From Sphingomicrobium sp. (GTDB taxonomy: Bacteria > Pseudomonadota > Alphaproteobacteria > Sphingomonadales > Sphingomonadaceae), in the NCBI GenBank assembly GCA_045811385.1, contig JBJMUB010000090.1:437-64436 (forward strand): a stretch of DNA of 64,000 nt. The letters run 5' to 3'. The notes under the pieces were generated by a model that worked only from the letters and a program-made list of their open reading frames with translations, had not been told where the DNA came from and made no database searches. Below are positions 40,014 to 48,633 of the stretch, piece by piece (positions within the stretch are counted from its first letter, which is position 1; each line of letters begins with the position of its first letter). The position numbers were made by a program, and so were the translations under genes.

Positions 40014-42589
40014 GCGTTCACCGCTTTGACGACGGCGAAGGTGAAGACCAGGGCCTCCACCAGCGCGCCGCCGGAACGGTTCTCGATCACGATCTTGAAG
40101 GAGCCCGCGGCGATGCCTTCGACCCAATAACGATAGCTGCCTGGAGTCGCGTTCCCGCTGGTCAGGTTGAGGTTGACCGTATCGGTCGCCGCGACCGCCG
40201 AATTGGTCACCGTGAACGATACGACCGCCGCTGCGGCCATCGACGCATTGTGCGTCGTTACCTGCCCCGAGGCCTTGTTCAGCGTCACTCCGGTCGACTT
40301 GCTGGTCGCCTGAATGACCGCGCCGCCCGCGCCGGTCGCGTAACCAACGCCGTTGGTCGCACCGCTGCTCGTCACGGCTCCGCTCGTCGCAACCGCAGTC
40401 GGAGTCACCGTCCCGAGCGTCAGGTTGGTTCCTGAGATTGTCAGCCCTCCGCCAAGTCCAAGTTCTTCGACCACGCCCGCACCCGCGGACGCGCGCCCGA
40501 GCAGTTTGGAGGTCGCGCTGACGTTCTGAATCTTGGCGTAGGTGACCTTGGAATTGCCGATCGTCGCGGCGAACGATCCGCCGCCGCTGCCGGTGACATC
40601 CCCGGTCAGTGTGATCACCTGATCCCCGCTGTTGGTCCCGCTCAGATTGTTGGCGGTCAGCGGGCCCGAAAAGGCGCCGGCGCCCGTGATGTGCAGACCA
40701 TCGTTCTGGACGGTCCCGACATCGCTGCCGTTGACGCGGAACCGGACCCACTGGCCGTTGCCGTTGATGTCGATTCCGAACCCGCGGAAGGTCTGGATGG
40801 TCCCGTCGACCTGTGGAACTCCGCCGAGCCACGACCGGCCGCTGATCGCGTTGATGACGTTGGTGCTCTCCATGAACAGGCCGGTGTCGAGCGCCGTGCC
40901 CGTTTTCGGTCCGAAGCTGTGGGTCGCCCCGTCGGCCGTGATCGAACCTTCGGTATAGAAGTTTGGGAAAGCCGCGAGCTGCCCCAGCCGCGAGGTGACG
41001 CGTCCGCATCCTGTCACCCCGGCCGCATGCAAGCCGTTCAGCACCAGGGTGTTCTGGCTCAGCCGAGACGGCGCCTGGTCCATCTCCGAATAGCAATTGG
41101 TGAGCACGTGCGACGCCGACGGGCTGTCCGTGCAATAAGCGCCCCCCTCCCGCACCGTGACCCCGCTGGTCCAGGTCGGGATCGACATTGCGGGATTGGC
41201 GCTTCCGTCGCGCGCAAAGCCCCAAAAAGCATTGTCGGTCGCCGAGCTCGGCGGCGAGTTGGTTGACGCGGCGGCCGCCTGCCCCGGCTTTACGTAGAAT
41301 AGCCGGCCGCTCAAATGCACCAGTGTCGGCGTGACGTTCGCCACGACCCCGTTCGCGGCCGTATGGCATCCGGTGTAGGTGTTCCCCAGGAACGACCGGT
41401 CGCACACGCCCCATTGACGGCACGCCAGCGCGCTCAGCGAATGGACCACGCCGGCATTGGCGTCGCCGCCCTCGGCGTAAAGTCCGTTGCGGCAATTCTC
41501 GACGAAGGCGCGGCTGACTTCGAAATTGTTGGCATTGCCCTGGATCGTCCCACTCGTCCCGTCGGCTACGATCCGGATTCCGTCGCCTTGGAAGTTGCGG
41601 ATGAATACGTCGCGGATTGTCGCTCGTGCCCGCAAGTGGATTGCGTGGAACTCACCCTCGCTTCCGGAATAAGCGCCTTTGAGCGACAGCCGGCTGATGA
41701 CCGACGCGTCACCGCCCTGGTGCGTGACGTTGTCGGTGGTCGACGTTCCGGATGTATTGAACCGCTGGACCCGGATTCCCGTCGTGTTCGCGGCCCAGCG
41801 CAGCACCGTCGCGCCGCCGCCGGCCTCGCCGACACTCTCGCCTTCGATGATTAGCGTATGGTTGACGTCCAGTGTCGTGGTGCCGAGGAAATAGGTTCCG
41901 AACGGCACGAACAGCGCCGGCGACGCGCTGCTGTAGCCGAACCCCTGTGACGCGATCGATTTCAAGTAATTGAGCGCTGCGGCGAAGGCCGGACCGTCGT
42001 CGGTCGTGTCATCGCCCTTGGCTCCGAACCAGCGGACGTTGACCGCCCCGCTGTAGGTCCGCACCCACGCGCCGGACGCGCCGGTCGGGTCGCTTGCCGC
42101 GGGAACGACGATCCCCTGCCTCGGATCCGCCGTGACTGCGGCCGCGAGATTTGCGCCGTCGAACCGAAAGAGACCCTCCCGTCCGCGCTCGGTGAGCAGC
42201 GCCGGAACGCCGGTCGCCGTCGCCGCACCGAGCGCGGTCCGGCTCGCCGCCACAACCGGCAGTGAACCCGCTCCGGCCTGCACGCTCGTAAACCATTCGG
42301 CCGCGGCGATGAGCGCGATCGACTTGGTCCCGCTCGAAAAGTCGGTCGCCGACCCGCCGATCGGCGAGCGGCTGATCGTCCCGTTCGCCAGCAGGGTGCC
42401 GCGTCCGACTTCTCGCTCGGCCGGCTTGTCGACCCCGATCGCCGAATAATAGAAGCTGTCGCCCGTCTGCAGCGCCGAGCCGAAGCCCGTGAACCCGTTG
42501 ACCGCTGGCCCGAGCACGAACGCGCCCGTCCCTTGGGTCGACGAATAGTTGCGCACGAGGTCGACGAACCTCGGTTGAAAGTCCGCCAT
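40010..42589 (-). CDS. Virion spike/fibre with pectate-lyase-3-like beta-helix (putative depolymerase)
   Basis: RBS GAGGAG; VNVRWFGAKGD.TTDD..AF..A, PFGTYF; G/T/S/A-rich C-terminal fibre region. Confidence 0.75.
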   Translation of the reverse strand: MADFQPRFVDLVRNYSSTQGTGAFVLGPAVNGFTGFGSALQTGDSFYYSAIGVDKPAEREVGRGTLLANGTISRSPIGGSATDFSSGTKSIALIAAAEWFTSVQAGAGSLPVVAASRTALGAATATGVPALLTERGREGLFRFDGANLAAAVTADPRQGIVVPAASDPTGASGAWVRTYSGAVNVRWFGAKGDDTTDDGPAFAAALNYLKSIASQGFGYSSASPALFVPFGTYFLGTTTLDVNHTLIIEGESVGEAGGGATVLRWAANTTGIRVQRFNTSGTSTTDNVTHQGGDASVISRLSLKGAYSGSEGEFHAIHLRARATIRDVFIRNFQGDGIRIVADGTSGTIQGNANNFEVSRAFVENCRNGLYAEGGDANAGVVHSLSALACRQWGVCDRSFLGNTYTGCHTAANGVVANVTPTLVHLSGRLFYVKPGQAAAASTNSPPSSATDNAFWGFARDGSANPAMSIPTWTSGVTVREGGAYCTDSPSASHVLTNCYSEMDQAPSRLSQNTLVLNGLHAAGVTGCGRVTSRLGQLAAFPNFYTEGSITADGATHSFGPKTGTALDTGLFMESTNVINAISGRSWLGGVPQVDGTIQTFRGFGIDINGNGQWVRFRVNGSDVGTVQNDGLHITGAGAFSGPLTANNLSGTNSGDQVITLTGDVTGSGGGSFAATIGNSKVTYAKIQNVSATSKLLGRASAGAGVVEELGLGGGLTISGTNLTLGTVTPTAVATSGAVTSSGATNGVGYATGAGGAVIQATSKSTGVTLNKASGQVTTHNASMAAAAVVSFTVTNSAVAATDTVNLNLTSGNATPGSYRYWVEGIAAGSFKIVIENRSGGALVEALVFTFAVVKAVNA

Positions 42590-42611
42590 CGCGGCTCCTC
42601 ACTGAAAGAAA

Positions 42612-42659
42612 TCCTCCCCGGGACGGGGAGGGGGACCGCACGAAGTGCGGTGGAGGGGG
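42612..42659. repeat. REP-like double-hairpin element (intergenic copy)
   Basis: CCTCCCCG-gga-CGGGGAGG then ACCGCAC-gaa-GTGCGGT then GGAGGGG; same scaffold as 50191-50248. Confidence 0.75.
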
Positions 42660-42681
42660 CCCCGAGACCCCCCTCAGCGCA

Positions 42682-43801
42682 TCAGGCGAACTTCATCAGC
42701 TTGATCGCTTCCGAATTGACCACCTGCCCGCCGACTCGCTTGGTCGCGTAGAAATGCACGTACGGCTTATGCGTGTAGGGATCGCGCAGGATCGTCGTCG
42801 CATTGCGCTCGGCGATCACATAGCCGGCCTTGAAGTTGCCGAACGCGATCGACAGCGAGCTCGCGGCAATGTCGGGGGATGTCCTCCGCTTCGATCAAGG
42901 GATAGCCGAGCAGGGTCGCCGGCTGGCCCGCGGCCAGGCTCGGCTGGAACAGGAACTGCCCGTCCGTGGTCTTAAACTTGCGGATCGCCGCCGCGGTCGC
43001 CGAGTTCATCACGAACACCGCGCCCTGCCGGTAGGGCGAGCGAAGCGTCTGCACCAGGTCGATCAGCTTGTCCGCCGGGTTGCTCGCCGGAAAAGCGCCC
43101 GGAGCGCCCGTGCCGACGAACTGCACCGTCCCCATCGGCCGCGTCCCGTCCGCCGTCGCCGCGTTCGGCGAGCTGAGGAAGCCGAGCGGCTGGTTGGTCC
43201 CCGTGCCCTTGACGAACGCGAACCCTTCGGCCCGCGCGAACTCGGTCGCGATCTCGTGCGCCAGCCATTTCTCCACGTCGAACATCGCATCGTCGAGCAT
43301 CTGCTGCGACGCCGCCGGGTTGGCGTAGAGCTCGCCCGCCGCCGGCACCACCTCGGTGAACGTCGGCGTATTGGTTTCCGGCCGCGCCGCCTCGTAAGCG
43401 ACCCACCCGGACGGGGTGCCGCCCGTCGCGATCAGCTTGCGGTAGCCGGCGCTGCCGACCTTCACGACATTGGCGATCGACCGGATCGGCGAAATCGCGA
43501 CCAGCGTCTCGTCGATCGCCCGGTCGATCTCCTCGGGCACGGCATAGCCGCCGATCGCGTCGGTCGAGCTGCCGATCGCCTTCGTCTCGAGCCCCGCCTC
43601 GATCCCGCGCCGCAAATACTGGTCGACGAAGCTCGCCGCTTCCGCCGCCTTGACGCCGTCCAATGCCGGCCGCTGCGCCGCAATGGCGCCGCTCGCCAAC
43701 TTGGACTTGAGCAGCTCGAGCTCCGCCTTGAGCTCCGCGACCCCGTCCTCTTCCGCTTCGATCGCATCGAACGACTGCTCGAGCGCATCCACTTCCACCA
43801 T
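42682..43801 (-). CDS. HK97-type major capsid protein (g5-like), +1 frameshift at 42874-42878
   Basis: GGYAVP, ELYANPAASQQMLDD, FVMN, LLGYP; the other frame continues IAFGNFKAGY...RDPYTHKPYVHFYATKRVGG...KLMKFA*. Confidence 0.92.
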
Positions 43802-43830
43802 TCCCGTTTCTCCTTTGGGCAATACTTCTC

Positions 43831-43857
43831 CGTCGTCCCGGACCTGATCCGGGATCC
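43831..43857. repeat. REP-like palindrome of the GTCxTCCCG family
   Basis: CGTCGTCCCGGACCTGATCCGGGATCC hairpin between the protease and capsid genes. Confidence 0.6.
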
Positions 43858-43880
43858 GTTTCTCTTTTTGTCTTTTTCGG

Positions 43881-44264
43881 TCAGCCCGCGATCGCGTGCA
43901 CTCTCGCCTTTGGCTGCATCGGGTGCGTGACCAGGCTCACCTCGACCAGGTCGAGTTCGATCAGCTCGCGCAACCTGCCCTCGCTCTTGGCCTCGCGGAC
44001 GCGATAGCCGAAGCTCAATCCATCCACCTTTTTCGTCTCCAGCAGTCGCGCGAGCCGCGCGTCGCCAAGGCTCGCAATCACCCGCAAACCGCGCTCGTCC
44101 TCGGACAAATGCTCAATCCGCCCGACGACCGCGCCGGACTTGTGTTGCCACAGCAGCGGCACCTCGCCCGCCGCCTTCAACGCCCGCGCGAACGCGCCCT
44201 TGCGCACCACATCCCCGCCGCGGTCAGGCCGGTCGAACACCGCCGCGTACCCCGCAAACCTCAT
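43881..44264 (-). CDS. HK97 prohead protease (g4-like)
   Basis: MRFAGYAAVF, LLWQH, GLSFGY, EVSLVT.PM. Confidence 0.92.
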   Translation of the reverse strand: MRFAGYAAVFDRPDRGGDVVRKGAFARALKAAGEVPLLWQHKSGAVVGRIEHLSEDERGLRVIASLGDARLARLLETKKVDGLSFGYRVREAKSEGRLRELIELDLVEVSLVTHPMQPKARVHAIAG

Positions 44265-44587
44265 CCGCTGATCAGATCGGTCAGCCGCAACCGGTAGGCG
44301 ATCCCGATCAGCAGCATCGCCAGCATCAGCCGCACCGCCCAGGTCACCACCGCGCGCCACGCGCTGCGCTTGGCGTCGCGCCATGCCGACAGCAGCTCGC
44401 GCAATTCGTCCATGTCGCGCCGTGCTCGCTCGTCGTCGAGCCCGAGCGAGGCCAGCGCCCGTTGCGCGCCGGCCTGGCTTGACTCCTCGACCAGCGCACG
44501 CAGCGTCACCAAGTCCACCCCGCGCCCCTCGGCCTGCGCCATCAGGCTCGCGAGCAGCGCTTCCGCGCTCATCGCAACATTTGTCAT
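44261..44587 (-). CDS. DUF6127 protein (g3.5-like)
   Basis: GAQRAL..LGL.D, ELRELL.AWRDAK, C-terminal TM. Confidence 0.82.
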   Translation of the reverse strand: MTNVAMSAEALLASLMAQAEGRGVDLVTLRALVEESSQAGAQRALASLGLDDERARRDMDELRELLSAWRDAKRSAWRAVVTWAVRLMLAMLLIGIAYRLRLTDLISG

Positions 44588-45708
44588 CGACTAACCTTTG
44601 CAGCTGCGAACCCGAGCATCTCGCGCTTCTCCGCGTCGCTGAGGAAGCTCGCCGCTCCGATCACCTCCCACAATTTCGCCCGGTCGTCGGCGAGCTCGCT
44701 CAACTGGTCCGTGTCGATCGCCAGAGTCACCGGTCCGAGCCAGTCGCTCAGCATCGCTCCCAGCGCGTTGAGGATCCGGGCCGCCATTGGCAGGATGGTC
44801 TGCCGGTACAGCGCCCGCCCCGCCTCGCGCGCATTGGCGTAGGTGGCGTCCCCCGGCAGCCCGACCAGCACCGGGGGAACGCCGAAGGGGAGCGCAATGT
44901 CGCGCGCCGCGCCTTCTTTCAAAGCCACGAAATCCATGTCGGCCGGGGTCAGGCTCAGCGCCTGCCACCTCAACCCACCCTCGAGCAGCAGCGGCCGCCC
45001 GGCGTTGGCCGAGCCCGAAAACTCCTGCCCCAACTCCTCCTTCAGCCGCTTGAACTGGTCGGCGGAGAGCACGCTCCCGTCGGCCGGCTCGTAGCTGAGC
45101 GCGCCCGACGGCCGCGCCGCATTGTCGAGCAGCGCCTTGTTCCACCGGCTCGCGCGGTTGTGCACGCTCGCCGCCGCGATCGCCGCTTCGACGCAGCCCA
45201 TCCCATAATGGTCGTCGCGCGGGTGCAGGGCCTTGATGTGCGCGACCTGCTGCCGCTCGAGCGGATCCACGCCCTGGAACCGGCGCACCTGGCCGCCGGC
45301 GCGGTACAGATAGGCGACCGGCCAGCCGCTCTCGTCGCACACCACGCTGACGCGCTCAGGGCGCAACAGGCATAACTCTCGCGGAGCGTCGCGATCATCG
45401 ACGATCATCTGCACATAGGCATTGCCGTGCAGCAGCAGGTTGGCCGCGATGCTTTCGAGCAATCCGTCCGCCCCGACCAGCTCGGCCGCTTTCGAGTCGC
45501 CCTCGATCGCGTCGATCGTCAGCCCCCCGAGCATCCCCGCGACCAGCCGAACGCAGCGCTGCCCGACGGGATTGCGCTGATAGACTTCGCAGAATTGCTC
45601 GGAATAGGAGCGAGCGAACCCCACCTCCTGGCTGTTTGTACTCAGCCACGCGGGCACAAACGGCCTCGCGTCCGGCGGCGCAGATTTGCGCCCGAACCAC
45701 CACCCCAT
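44584..45708 (-). CDS. HK97 portal protein (g3-like)
   Basis: LLLHGNAY, LRPERV, NAARPSGAL, LLEGG, FGVPP.L.G.PGD.TYAN. Confidence 0.95.
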   Translation of the reverse strand: MGWWFGRKSAPPDARPFVPAWLSTNSQEVGFARSYSEQFCEVYQRNPVGQRCVRLVAGMLGGLTIDAIEGDSKAAELVGADGLLESIAANLLLHGNAYVQMIVDDRDAPRELCLLRPERVSVVCDESGWPVAYLYRAGGQVRRFQGVDPLERQQVAHIKALHPRDDHYGMGCVEAAIAAASVHNRASRWNKALLDNAARPSGALSYEPADGSVLSADQFKRLKEELGQEFSGSANAGRPLLLEGGLRWQALSLTPADMDFVALKEGAARDIALPFGVPPVLVGLPGDATYANAREAGRALYRQTILPMAARILNALGAMLSDWLGPVTLAIDTDQLSELADDRAKLWEVIGAASFLSDAEKREMLGFAAAKVSR

Positions 45709-45785
45709 GCTCGCTCCTAAACTTGAGCCGCCGTTGGCGGCGGATTAACTTCGCCTCGGCTACCTAGCTCCCTCTGGAGGCAGCC

Positions 45786-45971
45786 ATGTCGTTCACCGAA
45801 GAAGAGCTCGAAGCCTGGCACCGCGCGAAACTAAAGCGCGAGTTCAAGCCCACGCCGGAATATCCGTCACCCCCTGCCGCCGAGTGCGTCAGCTGCCAAA
45901 GGCCCTTCGGCTACAATGAAGGCACGATCACCGACGACGTGGCGATCTGCGATATCTGCAACGGCGACTAA
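45786..45971 (+). CDS. 61-aa CxxC...CxxC zinc-ribbon-like protein, antisense insert
   Basis: RBS GGAGG; CVSC and CDIC; candidate promoter TTGAGC-N17-TAACTT upstream. Confidence 0.65.
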   Translation: MSFTEEELEAWHRAKLKREFKPTPEYPSPPAAECVSCQRPFGYNEGTITDDVAICDICNGD

Positions 45972-46021
45972 AGCCTCCGTTCTCGCGCCGCCTCCGGCGG
46001 TGTGACTTTCGGCGCTCTCAT
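45968..46021 (-). pseudogene. 17-codon mini-ORF, probable terS/terL deletion scar
   Basis: MRAPKVTPPEAARERRL*, first ORF after the cluster promoter, at the position normally held by the terminase genes. Confidence 0.45.
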
Positions 46022-46028
46022 GCTTCCC

Positions 46029-46063
46029 AAAAACGGGCGGTCGCTCGTGAGGAGCGCCGCCCG
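46029..46063 (-). terminator. Promoter-proximal intrinsic terminator of the GTA operon
   Basis: CGGGCGGCGCTC/GAGCGACCGCCCG hairpin plus TTTTT, about 25 nt after the -10 element. Confidence 0.7.
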
Positions 46064-46088
46064 ACTCGCAATTTCCGACTGTGCCTAA

Positions 46089-46117
46089 CGTGTACCGAAT
46101 CAGCGTGACGCTGTCAA
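46089..46117 (-). promoter_or_regulatory. Sigma70-type promoter of the GTA cluster
   Basis: TTGACA-N17-TACACG, A-rich upstream element, CAGCG-N3-CGCTG palindrome in the spacer overlapping the -35 edge. Confidence 0.7.
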
Positions 46118-46145
46118 GTGTTTTTTACCTGTTTGGTTCAAAACC

Positions 46146-46682
46146 TCACACAACGTGTTCGCTGTGACCGTAGACAAGCACCGTCAGGAATCCCTGGCGG
46201 TGCGAATCCGGTCCTCCCGGGGCGCTTGCGAACTGCTCGGCCGCAGCTTCGGTGCAGCCGTAATCGAGCCCGGTTTCGCCGTAGGTCAGGACCATCCTGC
46301 ACCCGGTGACCTTGCCGGTGTGATCGATCGCCAGGGCCATCACGTCGCGGCCGAGCAATTTGTCGCCGGTCTGCATCGCGCTCGACGCCGGCACTGCGCC
46401 GCCCGGGCTGAACCGACGCTCGAAGGTGATCGTCGAATATTCCTCCTTGGTCGAGGCGCCGGTCGCGGCGGCGGCTGAGGCTCCGCCGACCACCTTGCAA
46501 TCCTTGGCCCCGCCCGACGGCAGGTTGGTCTCGTACTGGCAGGTCTGGGCCGAGCCGTCGCCGGTCATGCGGACGGTGACTTTCTCCCACCAATTGTCGA
46601 GCGAAAGGGTCGCGCTGCTCGTGGCGGCGGCGACCGGGGCTGCGGCGGCAATCACACTCAACGGAATCAACCAGCGGAGCAC
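46146..46682 (-). CDS. Secreted hypothetical protein with paired cysteines
   Basis: GTG start 46682 with AAGGAG upstream; signal peptide; four Cys. Confidence 0.65.
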   Translation of the reverse strand: MLRWLIPLSVIAAAAPVAAATSSATLSLDNWWEKVTVRMTGDGSAQTCQYETNLPSGGAKDCKVVGGASAAAATGASTKEEYSTITFERRFSPGGAVPASSAMQTGDKLLGRDVMALAIDHTGKVTGCRMVLTYGETGLDYGCTEAAAEQFASAPGGPDSHRQGFLTVLVYGHSEHVV

Positions 46683-46821
46683 GCTCCATCTCCTTGCGCC
46701 CGCCGCTCCGGCGGCCCGATTGCCGCCGCCACCTGACCCGCCCAACGCGCGAATGGGATTTTGGTCCCAACCGCGTGAGACCAGATGTGCGATCGCTTCG
46801 CCGCCCGCATTTCGCGGACCT

Positions 46822-47220
46822 TCATCGGCGCGCGATCAGCCGCTCGATCGCGGTTCGATGCCACTCTTCGTTACCTGCCTGCGCCTCGAGCTTCTCGCGG
46901 ATTTCGCGAAGCTGGAGGTCGGTCAGATGCTCGATCCCGATGAACTGGTTGCGGGCATGGCCGACGGCGCGGATCAGCTCATCGAGTTTGCATTGGATCG
47001 CCGAAGCGTCGCGGTTCTGGGCGTTCTGGATCAGGAACACCATGACGAAGGTGACGATGGTCGTCCCGGTGTTGATCACCAGCTGCCACGTATCAGACCA
47101 ATGGAACAGCGGACCGGTAAGTCCCCAGATCAGTATGACTCCAATCGCCATCGCAAATGCCGTCGGCCGGCCGGCCCACGCGGCAACGCGCTCCGCAATC
47201 CGGTCGAAAATATGATTCAT
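46822..47220 (-). CDS. Low-affinity iron permease (Fet4-like) family protein
   Basis: SDTWQLVINTGTTIVTF.MVFLIQN.QNRD...KLDEL. Confidence 0.9.
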   Translation of the reverse strand: MNHIFDRIAERVAAWAGRPTAFAMAIGVILIWGLTGPLFHWSDTWQLVINTGTTIVTFVMVFLIQNAQNRDASAIQCKLDELIRAVGHARNQFIGIEHLTDLQLREIREKLEAQAGNEEWHRTAIERLIARR

Positions 47221-47377
47221 GGCTGACCTCCCGTTCGGAGAATATCAGTTGCGCCGCGCCGGTCACGTGAAAGCGCCAGTCGTTTTCAGCAAATGCTCAG
47301 CGGCTGCTCATGCCGCTCAGCTGTGGCTGCCGTACGGCGGACTCCACGTCATTGCGCCGCGGAGGGATGGCTTTGAA

Positions 47378-47708
47378 ATGAAAAAAGCACGCAGCAATCG
47401 CGGCGATCTGCCTGCTGCTCATCGTCTCGCCCGTCGGAGCGCCAGCCGTCGGCATGGCCGTCACGGCACTCTGTCCGAACGATCCCTGGGCCGACCCGTT
47501 CGGCGGCTGCGGCTTCTCTGAACCGCTCGAACATTATTTCCTGGCCGCCGTCTGGTTTCCGGCCTCTGGCTCCCTCATCACCGACGCTCCGATCGACACG
47601 CTGATCTTCGTCTGCTGGTACCTCGCGGCGCTATGGCTCCCGCCGATCTTTGCTTGGCACACGGTGCGCGCACTGATCGCTTGGCGAGATCGTGAGGAGC
47701 CGTGGTGA
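47378..47708 (+). CDS. Small membrane protein, apparent +1 frameshift in A6 (47381-47386)
   Basis: Removing one A joins ATG 47378 (MKKHAAIAAICLLLIV) to the 47454 ORF; two to three hydrophobic segments. Confidence 0.45.
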
Positions 47709-48065
47709 GCTTTCGAAGGACCGCCACGGCCTGCGCGGCGCTGCTGGCATCGGCCTGCTCTCCATCGATCGACGAACGCTTGGGGCGCGGTTCACGATCG
47801 CAACCTGCCCCCGCGCGATCGCCGACGACCATTCCGACCTCGCCGACCACGCCTGGAGGTTCTGGCGCAACGTCGCCGTCCGCGACCTCGCCGACCACGC
47901 CCCCGTCAATTACATCTCCGGAGTCCTCGGCCGCCGCGCGTGAGAGACCTCGGGCCGCCTGCTGTAGCACGGCCCCACGAACCTTGGGGCCGCCGTCGGC
48001 GGAGCGCGATCCGGCCGAGCAAACTGCATGCTCTTCCGCGAAGGGAAAAAAAGAAACGTGGAGCT

Positions 48066-48102
48066 AAAAGGAAATGGGGGCCGGCATTGCTGCCAGCCCC
48101 CA
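48066..48102 (-). terminator. Intrinsic terminator of the putative ncRNA
   Basis: TGGGGGCTGGCA-GCAA-TGCCGGCCCCCA followed by TTTCCTTTT. Confidence 0.8.
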
Positions 48103-48610
48103 CTGCGCCGAGCGAAGGATCTGCCGGTGTTCGTAACCTGGTCAAAAACCCGAAGGTCCCCGACCCGCTCTCGATCCTGGCTCACCAGCTCAGGCGTCGC
48201 TTCCTATCGAACCGCTCCCTCTTGCGAGGAGCCCGACCGGCCTTCCGAAGCGACGACCCGGAGGATCATCATCTCGTTCAGCCCGTCCGGCCTGGCATAA
48301 GAAGCCGAAGCTCCCGGCCAAAACCGTCCGATTCTCTGCGGCCCTTCTTGGGTCGATCCCTCTTGGCGTCCCGCTTTGCTCTCCGCACCGAAATGCTTCG
48401 AACCGCGTCGCGCTAGAGAAGATTGACTCTTCCGGCGCCTCATACCGACTGACAGCGCATCCGCTCCGAAGAGCCTCAGCATCGCCTGCCGGCGGAGATC
48501 GGACCTTTGGTCACCTGCCGCTTCCTTCTTGCCGTTGCCGGCCCTCCGGAGAGGCTGGGACCGCCGTCCCGATCACCCGAACACCATGCACATGCCGCCC
48601 GAGTCGCAAA
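48066..48610 (-). ncRNA. Putative large structured non-coding RNA of unrecognised family
   Basis: No credible ORF; long 5'/3' closing helix; many UUCG/UCCG/GCAA-capped hairpins with G-U pairs that favour the minus strand; 3' terminator. Confidence 0.75.
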
Positions 48611-48633
48611 AGCGAAAAATTCGGGTGAAAGCC

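Larger units (their letters stand above)
30217..46140 (-). mobile_element. RcGTA-like gene transfer agent head-tail cluster, without terminase
   Basis: Order portal-DUF6127-protease-capsid-(spike)-connector-closure-DUF3168-tube-gp10-chaperone-short TMP-DUF2460-DUF2163-NlpC-tail; no integrase, replication or att genes seen. Confidence 0.92.

Noticed and set aside
30217-46140. Inducible prophage
   Set aside because: No integrase, att repeats, replication or lysis cassette; gene order and short tape measure match RcGTA-like clusters
48066-48610. RNase P RNA, permuted tmRNA or group II intron
   Set aside because: No GAGGAAAGTCC, no tRNA-like T-arm/CCA or ANDN-type tag frame, no recognisable domain V or RT gene
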